Assembly (NCBI RefSeq): GCF_964213995.1
Contig: NW_027590468.1
Location: 124,001-188,000 of the forward strand
Source: Mustelus asterias
Lineage: Eukaryota
Length of the DNA: 64,000 nt
Direction: 5' to 3'
Below, one piece after another: positions 25,032-37,239 of the stretch; positions within the stretch are counted from its first letter, which is position 1; each line of letters begins with the position of its first letter. The position numbers and the translations under genes were made by a program. The notes under the pieces are model-generated. The model did not search any database, was not told the DNA's origin, and saw only the letters and a list, made by a program, of their open reading frames with translations.

Positions 25032-25301
25032 TTTTCCACGGACCAAAATGTTTCAAAACATTTGCTGAAGTTTTGTTTTAAACTCTTTATCAATGTCCTT
25101 CCAGGTTTAGTGTGAAGGTTTGTGTTCCACACTGAGCCCCTCTCAGTCTCCACACGGAGCTTGTGTGTGTTGCTGATGCTCCTGTCATTTTGGATGGATA
25201 CTGTGTGAAGCTGCATTCTCTCCCAGTGAGTTTCTGATCTACTTCACTCTCTCTGCGGCTGGAGCAATGTCCAGCAGGCAGCAGAGGATGGCAGTGTATC
25301 A
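25032..25301 (-). pseudogene. Decayed SRCR-like exon
   Basis: gacag| then ...LLPAGHCSSR..E...KL-CGD..ERGSVWNTNL...; the 3' half is homologous to 50989-51106. Confidence 0.45.
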
Positions 25302-26207
25302 CTGTCAGCACAATATAGACAAACAGCCTTTAGCAAGAGAGGCTTTGACCCTTTTTCAAACCAAATCCCCAATTTGATGTTTCCAGCTGCGCTGTTTACA
25401 ATGCTGCTGAATATTGTGTGTCTTTGGTAAACTGGGATGTGTAGCATTCAGTCACATTAAGTGGTCAATAAATACGTCCACACTGTGTATATCTTTCTGT
25501 GTGTGTGTGTCAGCGTGCATGTGTGTCAATGTATTTAAATCTCAAAGGAAAATAGGAGCAGGTGTAGGCCATTTGGCCCATCGATCCTGCGCCAGCATTC
25601 AAACAGATCATGGTGCACGTACGCACACAAAATACGCACACACCAACACACACAAAACACGCACACACACAAAGCACGCACACACACAAAACACACACAC
25701 ACAAGCACACATAAAACACGCACAAAAAGCACACACACAAATCACACACACAAACAATAAACGCACACACACACAAACACACACACACGCATCAAGCACA
25801 CAGTTAGCACTGCTGCCTCACAGTGCCAGGGACCCGGGTTCGATTCCCGGCTTGGGTCACTGCCTGTGCGGAGTTTGCACGTTCTCCCCGTGTCTGCGTG
25901 GGTTTCCTCCGGGTGCTCCGGTTTCCTCCCACAGTCTGAAAGACGTTCTGGTTCGGGTGCATTGGCCGTGCTAAATTGTCCCTCCGCGTCAGGGAGACGA
26001 GCTCGGGTAAATGCATGGGGTAATGGGGATAGGGCCTGGGTGGGATTGTGATCGGTGCAGACTCAATGAGCCAAATGGCCTCCTTCTGCACTGCAGGAGT
26101 CTAGGATTCTATGAAAACACAGAGAAACAGATATTCTCACCCAGTAACACTCAGACGCACACAGTAATAAACACACACGGAAACATGTCCACGCACACAC
26201 ACGCATG

Positions 26208-26241
<34 letters not shown>

Positions 26242-26616
26242 GATTCCTATTTTATTTCACACAATCGATTTGCGTCTTGAACATGCTGAATGATTGGGCT
26301 TCCACATCCCCCTGGAATAGAAAATTCCAAAGATTCACCACCCTCTGAGTGAAGAAATTCCTCCTCATCTCAGTCTTCAATGGTCTGCCCCTGATTCTGA
26401 GATTGTGCCCCCTGGTTCTAGTCTCACCAGCCAGGGGAAACATCCAATCTACATCCACCCTGTCACACCCTGTAAGAATTTGAAGTCTGTTTCAATGGGA
26501 TCACCTCTCAATCTTCAAGGGTTCAAGGCCGACTTCCGGACTTGATGGCCATGGAAGGTGTGCTCATAACGGGGCCAAACAGCTGGATTATCAAACAGTA
26601 AATCCTGCCGGGATCA

Positions 26617-27595
26617 TGTATCCGTAAACTCTGCCCGAAACCTCTCTCAGTTATTACAATCTGGGCCTTGTATCAGTAAACTCTGCCCGAAACCTCTCTC
26701 AGTTATTACAATCTGGGCCTTGTATCAGTAAACTCTGCCCGAAACCTCTCTCAGTTATTACAATCTGGGCCTTGTATCAGTAATCTCTGCCCTAAACCTC
26801 TCTCAGTTATTACAATCTGGGACTTGTATCAGTAATCTCTGCCCTAAACCTCTCTCAGTTATTACAATCTGGGACTTGTATCAGCAATCTCTGCCCTAAA
26901 CCTCTCTCAGTTATTACAATTTGGGCCTTGTATCAGTAATCTCTGCCTGAAACCTCTCTCAGTTATTACAATTTGGGCCTTCTTTCAGTAATCTCTGCCT
27001 GAAACCTCTCTCAGTTATTACAATCTGGGCCTGGTATCAGTAATCTCTGCCCTAAACCTCTCTCAGTTATTACAATCTGGGCCTTGTATCAGTAATCTCT
27101 GCCCTAAACCTCTCTCAGTTATTACAATCTGGGCCTGGTATCAGTAATCTCTGCCCGAAACCTCTCAGTTATTACAATCTGGGACTTGTATCAGTAATCT
27201 CTGCCCTAAACCTCTCTCAGTTATTACAATCTGGGCCTTGTATCAGCAATCTCTGCCCTAAACCTCTCTCAGTTATTACGATCTGGGCCTTGTATCAGTA
27301 ATATCTGCCCGAAACCTCTCTCAGTTATTACAATCTGGGCCTGGTATCAGTAATCTCTGCCCTAAACCTCTCTCAGTTATAACAATCTGGGCCTGGTATC
27401 AGTAATCTCTGCCCGAAACCTCTCTCAGTTATTACAATCTGGGCCTTGTATCAGTAATCTCTGCCCTAAACCCCTCTCAGTTATTACAATCTGGGCCTTG
27501 TATCAGCAATCTCTGCCCTAAACCTCTCTCAGTTATTACAATCTGGGCTTTGTATCAGTAATCTCTGCCATAAATCTCTCTCAATTATTACAATT
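26617..27595. repeat. 52-bp minisatellite, about 19 copies
   Basis: Same unit as 21207-22500. Confidence 0.95.
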
Positions 27596-27601
27596 CAACT
27601 C

Positions 27602-27641
<40 letters not shown>

Positions 27642-27889
27642 TGCAGAGACCAACAGATGACAGGGTCAAGGAGAGTGAGAGAAAGAGAGAGCCAGATTGA
27701 GAGAGGCACTGAGAGACAATGTCTGTCCAAATCCTCTTGAAGCCACTTTGCATTTTCTTCACAACTCACATTCCCACCTAGCTTTGTGTCATCCGCAAAC
27801 TTGGAAATATTACATTAGGTCCCCACATCCAAATCATTGATAAACATTGTGAACATCTGGGAACAAAGTCCAGATCCTTGTGGCACAGC

Positions 27890-28145
27890 CGGCCGACACA
27901 AGACGGAGAAATCATCTGGCCGGGAACACAACAGCGACATTTTTCAGGGAAGCTCGGAGCCAGCTGTGTCTCAGTGGATCATAATCTGACCTCAGAATCA
28001 TTCCATTGTGGCTTCAGTTGCAGCATCAAATTCTCGGCCAGGCTGGAAAACAAATCACTCCTCAAATCCCCAAATAAAACGTTCTGGGATCTGAACTTAA
28101 AATGCTGTAACTGATCATGGAGGAAAGAGTGGGGTCTAATAGACA
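27890..28145 (-). pseudogene. Decayed SRCR-like exon
   Basis: ctcag| then VSIRP...FGDLRSDLFSSLAENLMLQLK...L*STETQ..GSE.SLK.C; spacing fits WGxVCxxxW...AxVVCRQL and WxxxxxCxGxExSLxxC. Confidence 0.55.
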
Positions 28146-28786
28146 CTGAGAAGATAACTTGCATCTGAATCATAGAACGGTGACAGCACAGGAGGCCATT
28201 CAGCCCCATCAAGCCAGTGCGACACTCTGCAAGAGCAATGTCACTACTCCCACTCCTCCACCCTTTCCCCGTGACCCTGTAAATATTTCCCCTTCAGCTT
28301 CCCATTCAACTTCTCCTGGAAGTCCTTGATGGAATCTGCTTCCACCTCACCCTCAGAAAGTACATTCCAGATACTGGACACTCGCTACGTTAGAAACATT
28401 TCCTCATGTTGCCGCTGTCGCCATTTACCTGAATTCAGCATCCTCTGGTTTTCAACCTTTCCCCCAATGTGCCGAATATCTCAAAGCCGATCCTCTCAGT
28501 CCTGGGACGTCCCTGCAGGAGTTCCTCAGGGTGAGTGTCCGAGGCCCCAACCATCTTCAGCTGCTCCAACACTGACCTTCCCTCCATCACAAGGTCTGAA
28601 GTGGGGATGTTCGCTGATGATTGCACAATGTTCAACACCATACGCAACTCCTCAGATACTGAAACAGAAAATAAGAACATACCAAACAGGTCAGGCAGCA
28701 TCTGTGGAGAGAGAAACAGATTCTGGGACCAGGGGGACTGAGAGACAGGCAGATTGAGAAAAATATGCACACACACTAACACTCAC

Positions 28787-29124
28787 ACTCAGACAGCCTA
28801 AAACTAAACAGATATATAATGGAGGAGGAATCCCTTCTCCCTCTGTCAATAGAGATTAACTAGATTTCTCTTCCAAAAAGACAGCACATCTGGATGGGCA
28901 GAATAGTCTCCAATTCTACCCATGGTCCTTTTCTGATCTCCATTCTTCACATCTGCACACGTTGGCTTCAGCTCCAGTTTGTGAATGAAAGCAAACCCCT
29001 GTTCATTACAAATCCACTCAGCCTTTTCCCTCTGCTCTCTCCACACACAATCTACAAGACACAAACAGGAAACATGGATTCCAGGAGAGAAAGGTCACAC
29101 CTGATCCTCCTCTCAATGGATTCT
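28787..29124 (-). pseudogene. Decayed SRCR exon (28869-29124) plus WC1/CD163-like TM exon relic (28787-28842)
   Basis: gacag| then ENPLRGGS.RC..., W....KAEWICNEQGF...PTC...GDYSAHPDVLSFWK; then gacag| EGEGIPPPLYICLVLGCLS |GTGAGT. Confidence 0.65.
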
Positions 29125-29479
29125 CTGTCGCCAGAGAGAACATTCCAGCTCCTACAGAAAGTCACAACTGATTAATGTCAGGGACAGAATTGGAATGAAT
29201 TAGACACAAGAGAGATGAAAGGATTCTGCTCATCATAAAAAGCTAAAGAGTCACTCAATGTCATTAAGGGAGAGACCTCGCTGGTCTATCTTTGACCCAA
29301 GTCACACACTGACTCTGAATGTCCTCACAGCAACTTGGGGGATGGACATTTCTAAAGTACTATTCATGGCTTTAGGGTTTCCAAAAGTGTTTCACCGACA
29401 ATGGAGCGCTTTTGAAATGTTGTCAGTGTTATTTAGGAAATAAGCAAAATTTTGACGCCACACGCATTGAGTTTAAAAA

Positions 29480-32400
29480 TTGGCAAGCCATGTTGCAGCT
29501 TTATAGAACCATTGTTAGGCCGCACTTGGAATATAGTGTTCAATTCTGGTCGCCACACTACTAGAAGGATGTGCAGGCTTTGGAGACGGTACAGAAAAGA
29601 TTTACCAGGATGTTGCCTGGTATGGAGGGCATTAGCTATGAGGAGAGTTTGGAGAAACTTGGTTTGTTCTCACTGGAATGACAGAGGCAAGGGGGGTGAC
29701 CTGATAGAAGTCTACAAGATTATGAGAGGCATGGACAGAGTGGATAGTCAGGAGCTTTTTCCCAGGGTTGAAGAGTCAATTACTCGGGGGCACAGGTTTA
29801 AGGTGTGAGGGGCAAGGTTTAAAGGAGACGTACGAGGCAAGTTTTTTACACAGAGGGTGGTGGTGCCTGGAACTCGCTGCTGGGAGAGGGAGTGGAAGCA
29901 GATACGATAATGAGTTTTAAGGGGCGTCTGGAGAAATACAAGAATAGGATGGGAATAGAGGGATATGGTCCCTGGAAGGGTCGGTGTTTTTAGTTCACAC
30001 ATGGTTGGTGCAGGCTTGGAGGGCCGAAGGGCCTGTTCTTGTGCTGTAATTTTCTTTATTCTAATTTCAGAGAGAGATATATACAGATACAGAGCCATAG
30101 AGAGACAGAAACAGGATGGGATTGTGCTGTACATGTTTACGAGCTGACATTGAGACACACACGAGATGTACACCAATGATTTGGATGAGGGAACCAAAAA
30201 TAATATTTCCAAGTTTGCTGATGCCATGAAACTTGTTGGGAATGTGAGTAGTGAGAAGGATGTTAAAATGTTTCACAGTGACTTCAGAAAATTGAGTGAA
30301 TGGGTAAATGCACGGCAGATGCTGTATAACGTGGACAAACGAGAATTTAACTACTTCGGACAGAGAAGCAGAATGGCAGAGGATTATTTAAATGGTGATA
30401 GATTGGGAAATGTTGATATACAAAGGGACCTGGGTGTCCCAGTACACCAGAGACTGAAAGCAAGCATGCAGCTACAGCAAACAGTTAGGAAGGCAAATGA
30501 TATGTTGGCCTTCATTGCAAGAGAACTTGAGGAAAGGGGCAAGGATGTCTTACTGCAGCTGTACAGGCCCTCGGTGAGACCACACCTGGAATATTGTGGA
30601 CAGTTTTTGTCTCTGTAACTATGAAATGCTGCACTTACCATAGAGGGAGAGCAGCGGAGGCACACCAGACTGATTCCTGGGATGGCAGGATTGTCGTATG
30701 AGGAGAGATTGAGTCGACTGGGCCTGTATTCACTGGAGTTCCGAAGAATGAGAGGGGATCGAATTGAAATGTATAAATTCTGACTGGGCTGGAGTGACTG
30801 AATACAGGGATGTTGTTTCCTCCAGCTGAGGGGCTGAGGGGGTGGGGAGAGCGGGGGGGGGGGAGAGGCTGGAACAAGGGGTCACAGATGGTGAAACTTT
30901 GCAATATGTTTAATCTGTAGAAACCTATCCATCTCAGTCTGTGAACGATGACTGAGCCTCCACAGCCCCCTGGGACAGGGAATTCCAAAGATTCACCATC
31001 CTGCAAGCACATGGAATTCAGGAAAACTTGGCGAGATGGATCGGAAACTGGTTTAGTAATTGGACACAAAGGGTGGTGTTGGAAGGCTGTTTGAGTGGCT
31101 GGAGGCCGGTGTCCAGTGGTGCACCACAAGGCTCCGTGCTGGGGGGCTTGTTGTTGTTATACATAAATGAGACAGATGATAATGTGGGGGCAATGATAAG
31201 CAAGGTTCCAGATGACACCAAGATTGGTAGGATGGTTCATAGTGAAGAAGGTTGTAGGTTACAGGAAGATATCGCTGGGTTGGTCAGATAGGCAGAGCAG
31301 TGGCAGATGGTATTTGACCCTGATAGGTGCGAGGTGATGCACTTTGGAAGCAGTAACAAGGCAAGGGAGTATTTAATGAGTTGCAGGACACTGGGAAGCT
31401 CAGAGGAACATATGGATCTTGGGCAATTATTCACAGATCCCTGAAGGCAGCAGAGCAGGTGAATCAAGTGGTAAAGAAGGCAGATGAGACACTTGCTTTT
31501 ATCAGTCATGGCGCAGAGTAGAAGAGCAAAGAGTTAATGTTGGAGTTGTACAGAGCGTTGGTTAGGCCACAGCTGGAGTACCGTGTGCAGATCTGGTCAC
31601 CACACCAGAGGAAGGATATGATAGCACTAGAGGGGGTACAGAGGAGGCTCAGCAGCAAGTTGCCTGGGATGGAGTATTTGAGCTATAAGGAGAGACTGGA
31701 AAGGTTTGGATTGTTTTCATTAGAGCAGAGAAGGCTGATTGAGGTGTATAAGATTATGAGGGGTATGGACAGGGTGAATAGGAAACAGCTGTTCCCCTTG
31801 GTTGAGGGGTCAATCATGAGGGGACATAGTTTTAGGGCAAAGGGCAGGAGATTCAGAGGAGAGTTGAGAAAAACATTCACTCAGCGGGTGATGGGAATCA
31901 GGAATGTACTGCCTGGGAAGGCAGTGGAGGTCGGAAACCTTACAACCTTTCAAAAGCATTTGGATGAGCACTTGAAACATCACAACATTCAAAGATATGG
32001 TACAAGAGATGGAAAATTGGATGAGCACAACTTTAGTGGTAGTTACTGTTGGTGCAGACTCAATGGGTCGAAGGGCCTTTTCTTCACTGTACCACTCTAT
32101 AACTCTGAGGGAAGAAATTCCTCCTCACAGGAAGCAGAGAGTCGGAATAAATGGGTACTTTTCTGGTTGGCGGATGGTAACTAGTGGCGTGCCGCAGGGA
32201 TCGGTACTGGGGCCTCAACTATTTACCATTTATATCGACGATCTGGAGGAGGGGGATTGAGTGTAGGGTAACAAAGTTTGCAGACGACACAAAGATAAGT
32301 GGAAAAGTGAATCGTGTGGAGGGCGTAGAAGGTCTGCAGAGAGATTTGGACAGGCTGAGTGAGTGGGCGAGGATCTGGCAGATGGAGTATAACGTTGACA

Positions 32401-34650
32401 AATGCGAGGTTATTCACTTTGGAGGAAATAATAGTAAATTGGATTATTATCTAAATGGAAAAAAATTACAACATGCTGCTGTGCAGAGGGACCTGGGGGT
32501 CCTTGTGCATGAGACGCAAAAACCCAGTCTGCAGGTGCAACAGGTGATCAAGAAGGCAAACGGGATGTTGGCATTTATCGCGAGGGGGATAGAATATAAA
32601 AGCAGAGATGACTTGCTGCATCTGTACAGGGCATTGGTGAGGCCGCAGCTGGAATACTGTGTGCAGTATTGGTCCCCTTATTTGCGGAAGGATATATTGG
32701 CCTTGGAGGGAGTGCAGAGAAGGTTCACCAGGTTGATACCAGAGATGAGGGGTGTTCATTATCAGGAGAGACTGATGGAAACATCCTTCCTGTATCTACT
32801 CAGCTAATGTTTGGGGGTTGGGGAGAGTTATAGAACAAAGAGATCTCGGGGTACAGGTTCATAGCTTCTTGACAGTGGAGTCACAGGTGGACAGAGTGGT
32901 GAAGAAGGCATTCAGCATGCTTGGTTTCATTGGTCAGAACATTGAATACAGGAGTTGGGACGTCTTGTTGGAGTTGTACAAGACATTGTTAAGGCCACGC
33001 TGGGAATACTGTGTACAGTTCTGGTCACCCTATTTTAGAATGGATATTATTAAACTAGAAAGAGTGCAAAAAAGATTTACTAGGATGCTACCGGGACATG
33101 ATAGTTTGGGTTTTAAGGAGAGGTTGCACAGACTGGGACTTTTTTCCCTGTAGCGTAGAAGACTGAGGGGTGATTTTATAGAGGTCTATAAAATAATGAG
33201 GGGCATAGATCAGCGAGATAGTCAATATCTTCTCCCAAAGGTAGGGGAGTCTAAAACTAGAGGGCATAGGTTTAAGGTGAGAGGGGAGAGATACAAAAGG
33301 GTCCAGAGGGGCAATTCTTTTCACACAGAGGGTGGTGAGTGTCTGGAATGAGCTGCCAGAGGTAGTAGTAGAGGCGGGTACAATTTTATGTTTTAAAAAG
33401 CATTTAGACAGTTACATGGGTAAGATTGGTATAGAGGGATATGGGCGAAACACAGGCAATTGTGATTAGCTTAATGGTAAAAACTGGGCGGCATGGACAA
33501 GTTGGGCCAAAGCGCGTTTCCATGCTGTAAACCTCTATGACTCGACCCTGCTGAGCCCTGTAAGAATTGTCCAAGTTTGAATGAGGTCACCTCTCATGCT
33601 TCTCAAGTGCATAAAGTAAAAGTCCATTTTCTTTCCTCAGAGGACAATCCCTCCATCCCAGGAATTAATGCAGTGAAATGTCATTGAAGTCCCTCTCGGA
33701 CAAGAATGTCTTTCCTTAGGTAAGAGGATAAAACTGTCCACAACACTCCGTGTGTGGTTTCACCACTAATTCAGCCTCTCCCACATCCCCTTGAAGAGTC
33801 TACATCCTCCTCACAACTCACACCTGCTTTCAAGTCATCTGCAAACTGGGAAATATTACATTTGATCCCAAATGTCCAAATCAATGATATGGATTGTGAA
33901 TAGCTGGGCTCCCGAGTACTGATCCTTGTGATAAGCCGCTGGTCACAGCCTGCCACCCTGAAAATGACCCATTTGTACCTAAGCTCTGTTTTCTGTCCGT
34001 TAACCATTTCTCAATTCATGCCGGTATTATCAGGGTAAATACGTTGCATCACGGGGATAGGGCCTGGGTGGGAATGTTGTTAGCGCAGGCTCGATGGGCT
34101 GTATGGCCTCCTTCTGCACTGTAGGGATTCCATGATTCTAATATGTACATACGTCAGTGAAGGTGGCAGGGCTCTTTGAGAGAGCAGTAAATGAAGTATA
34201 TGGTATCCCAGCTTTTATTAATGGAGGAATTGAGGACAAGAGTAAGGAGTTCATATTGAACTTGTATAAGACACTTGTTAGGCCTCATCTGGAGACTGCG
34301 CCCAGTTCTGGGCACCGTACTTGAGGAGGGATGTGAAGACATTGGAGAGAGTGCAGAGGAGATTCACAAGAATGATTCCAGGGAATAAGATCCGTAGCTA
34401 CGAGGGTAGATTGGAGAGGTTGGGACTGTTTTCCTTGGAGAAAAGAAGGCTGAGGTGAGACTTAAGAGAGAGGTTCAAGATCCTAAGGGGTATCCACAGG
34501 TTAAAGAGTGAGAAACTCTTCCTTCTCAAGAGATGGTCATGAACTAGAGGGCACAGATTCTAAATGATGGGGAAATGGATCAGAAGTGAAGTGAGGAAAA
34601 GCACTTCATCAAGAGGGTGTTTGGAATCTGGAACAATCTTCCTGAAAGCC
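29480..34650 (+). mobile_element. Stack of nested or adjacent CR1 3' fragments, mostly + strand
   Basis: Repeated FADD, RPxLEYCVQFW and WNxLP motifs at about 29.5, 30.2, 31.0, 32.1, 32.8 and 34.2 kb. Confidence 0.9.
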
Positions 34651-35597
34651 TGTTCCAATATTCAATAAGATCCTGGCTGATCTGTGATCTAACTCTCTGT
34701 CTCTTAACCCCTTGGACTAAGGAAAATCTATCAACCCCAGATTTAAAATAATAACAAGTGACTGAGCATCAATAGCCATTTGCAGAAGATTGTTTCAAAC
34801 TAACTCCACACCACATCTGGCAATGTTTCCATTTCTACAATTCTAAAATTCTAAACTGAGGCTAACATTCAAATATTCCCAAATCCTGGAGTTCCCAGCC
34901 AGCAGAAAAACTTGTTCTTTATCAGCCTCTCCCTTTCCCTCATTATTTTCAATGTTTGATTAAATCAGCCCCCAACTTAAATTCCAGCGGTTAAGAATAA
35001 TGTTTAATCTGCACTGTTCATCAAATGTTCCCAACACAAATACTGTAATGGGGTAAATACAGAGTAAAATCCCCTCTGCTCTGTCCAAGGAATGTTTCAT
35101 CACAGATTTTTATTTGAAGTTTAGGAAAAACAGGAATCAAATTGCTCAGCATCCCAGTGTGGCCTCCTGTTTATTTCAATCAGCCCTTCACATTCAAACA
35201 TGAAGTTGAAGCTTCGAATACTGTCTGTGGCAGCGTTTGTGGATTCAGTTATTCTCCTGCTTTTTCACTTGTCTGAAGGATTTGAATTCTCGACATTGTT
35301 GAATCATTCCTTTCTCTCAGCACATGGAACTTGTGAATCTTCAAGGCAGACAATCTCATGTCATTAACAACAAACTGCATCTTTATTCATCCGTCCATTT
35401 CCTATCTCTGAATGGATCACACACATTTCCAGAATGCAGGAAGCTCTCAATGGAAACTGCTTCCAATTATTCCCCAATACAATTGTTCACACTTTACTGT
35501 GAACTACATTCCACTGACATTCCCAAAGCAGCCACAGAAAAGTGACTGGTTATTTTAAACATTGAACCTGAACTATTTGAGCTGATGATTCACTCAC

Positions 35598-35741
35598 ATT
35601 GTACAGAAATGTTGATCCTGTTTTGATGAGAGTGATCAGATTAACATTGTAACATGAAGACAGCCTCCGTACTGAGATTCACCACATTTACAACAATTCC
35701 GCAATATCAGATCCATTGCTGTGTGTTTTGTGTGAATTCAG
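35598..35741 (-). pseudogene. Decayed SRCR-like exon part
   Basis: QW..DIAEL.CK..CGE...LQC*..SHQ..D.NI.CT ending at a GTGAGT donor; positional paralog of 25032-25301. Confidence 0.45.
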
Positions 35742-36217
35742 CTGTGAAATATCTGGACATTTGGAGCTTCCACTGTTTCTGTCATTTCATCATTTATTAA
35801 AGTATGTTGTTCTATCCCTTTTAAATCTAAGTTGTGTCAGTTTACATTTCCCTGCACTGAAACCTCTCCACCAGTTTTGTCCATGTACAAAATATGAATA
35901 ACTCTTTGCAATGTGATGTTTCCAGCTACGCTGCTTACAATGCTGTCTAATGTTTTGTGTCATTGGCAAACCAGGATGTGTAGCATTCAGTCACATTAAA
36001 TGGTCAATAAATATGTCAATACCGTGTATATCTTTCTGTGTGTGTGTGTGTGTGTCTGTGTGTGTGTCTGTGTGTGTGTGTGTCTGTGTGTGTATGTGTG
36101 TGTGTCTGTGTGTGTGTCAGCATGCATGTGTGTCAATGTATTTGAATCTCAAATATGTTCAGTTGGAGGCCATTTGACCCATCGAGCCTGCTCCACCACT
36201 CAAACAGATCATGACAA

Positions 36218-36249
<32 letters not shown>

Positions 36250-36649
36250 ACACACACAGACAAAGAGAGAGGCACACAGACACTCACGGACACACACACA
36301 GAGACACAAACACACACTCACGGACACACGCACACACGCAGAGAGACACAAACACACACTCACAGACACACATGCACAAAGACACAGAGAGAGACACACA
36401 CACAGACACACACACACACAGGCAAAGAGAGAAACACACAGACACTCACGGACACACACGCAGAGGGACACAAATACACACACACAGACACACACATACA
36501 CACACAGACACACGCAGAGAAACACAATCACACACACAGAAACACACATTGAAATAGACACTTGCACACACTTAGAAACTGTCTCTCTCTCTCACACACA
36601 CACACACAGAAATCCAAAAACATAAGCGCACTGACACTCTCATTCCTAT

Positions 36650-36747
36650 TTCTGTTTTACTCCTCAATGCCCCAACTAAAAAGTACTGGGATCTGAACTT
36701 GAAATGCTGGAACTGATCATGGAGGAACGAGTGGGGCCTAATAGACA
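36650..36747 (-). pseudogene. Truncated paralog of the 28145 SRCR-like exon
   Basis: VSIRPHSFLHDQFQHFKFRSQYFLVGALRS. Confidence 0.55.
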
Positions 36748-36958
36748 CTGAGAAGTTAACTTGTGTGTGAATCATAGAATGGTGACAGCACAGGAGGCCA
36801 TTCAGCCCGTCAAGCCTGGATCGACACACTGCAAGAGCAGTTTCACTATTCCCAATCCTCCACCCTCTCCCCGTAACCCTGTCAATATTTTCCCTTCAGC
36901 TTCCCATTCAATTTCCTCTTGATGGAATCTTCTTCCACCTCTGACTCAGGCAGAACAT

Positions 36959-37182
36959 GATGTGGAGATGCCGGCGTTGGACTGGGGTAAACACAGTGAG
37001 AAGTTTAACAACACCAGCTTAAAGTCCAACAGCTTTATTTGGTAGCAAAAGCCACACAAGCTTTCGGAGCTCCAAGCCCCTTCTTCAGGTGAGTGGGAAT
37101 TCTGTTCACAAACAGGGCAGATAAAGACACAGACTCAATTTACATGAATAATGGTTGGAATGCGAATCCTTACAGCGAATCA
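36959..37182 (-). mobile_element. Penelope-type retroelement fragment
   Basis: Flanked by an 11-bp TSD AGGCAGAACAT (36948-36958, 37183-37193); absent from the paralogous site near 28360. Confidence 0.7.
37055..37091 (-). ncRNA. Minimal type I hammerhead-ribozyme motif
   Basis: CAC-CTGAAGA-AGGGGC/GCTCC hairpin-GAAA-GCTT-GTG, with a palindromic AAGCTT helix III. Confidence 0.6.
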
Positions 37183-37239
37183 AGGCAGAACATTCCAGAT
37201 ACCAGCAGTCACGACGTTAAAAACATTTCCTCGTCACAG

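Noticed and set aside
27890-28842. Leader plus B7/butyrophilin-like IgV interpretation
   Set aside because: No ATG and no DxGxYxC; alternative frames give TM-like ICLVLGCL and SRCR-spaced motifs consistent with neighbouring exons.
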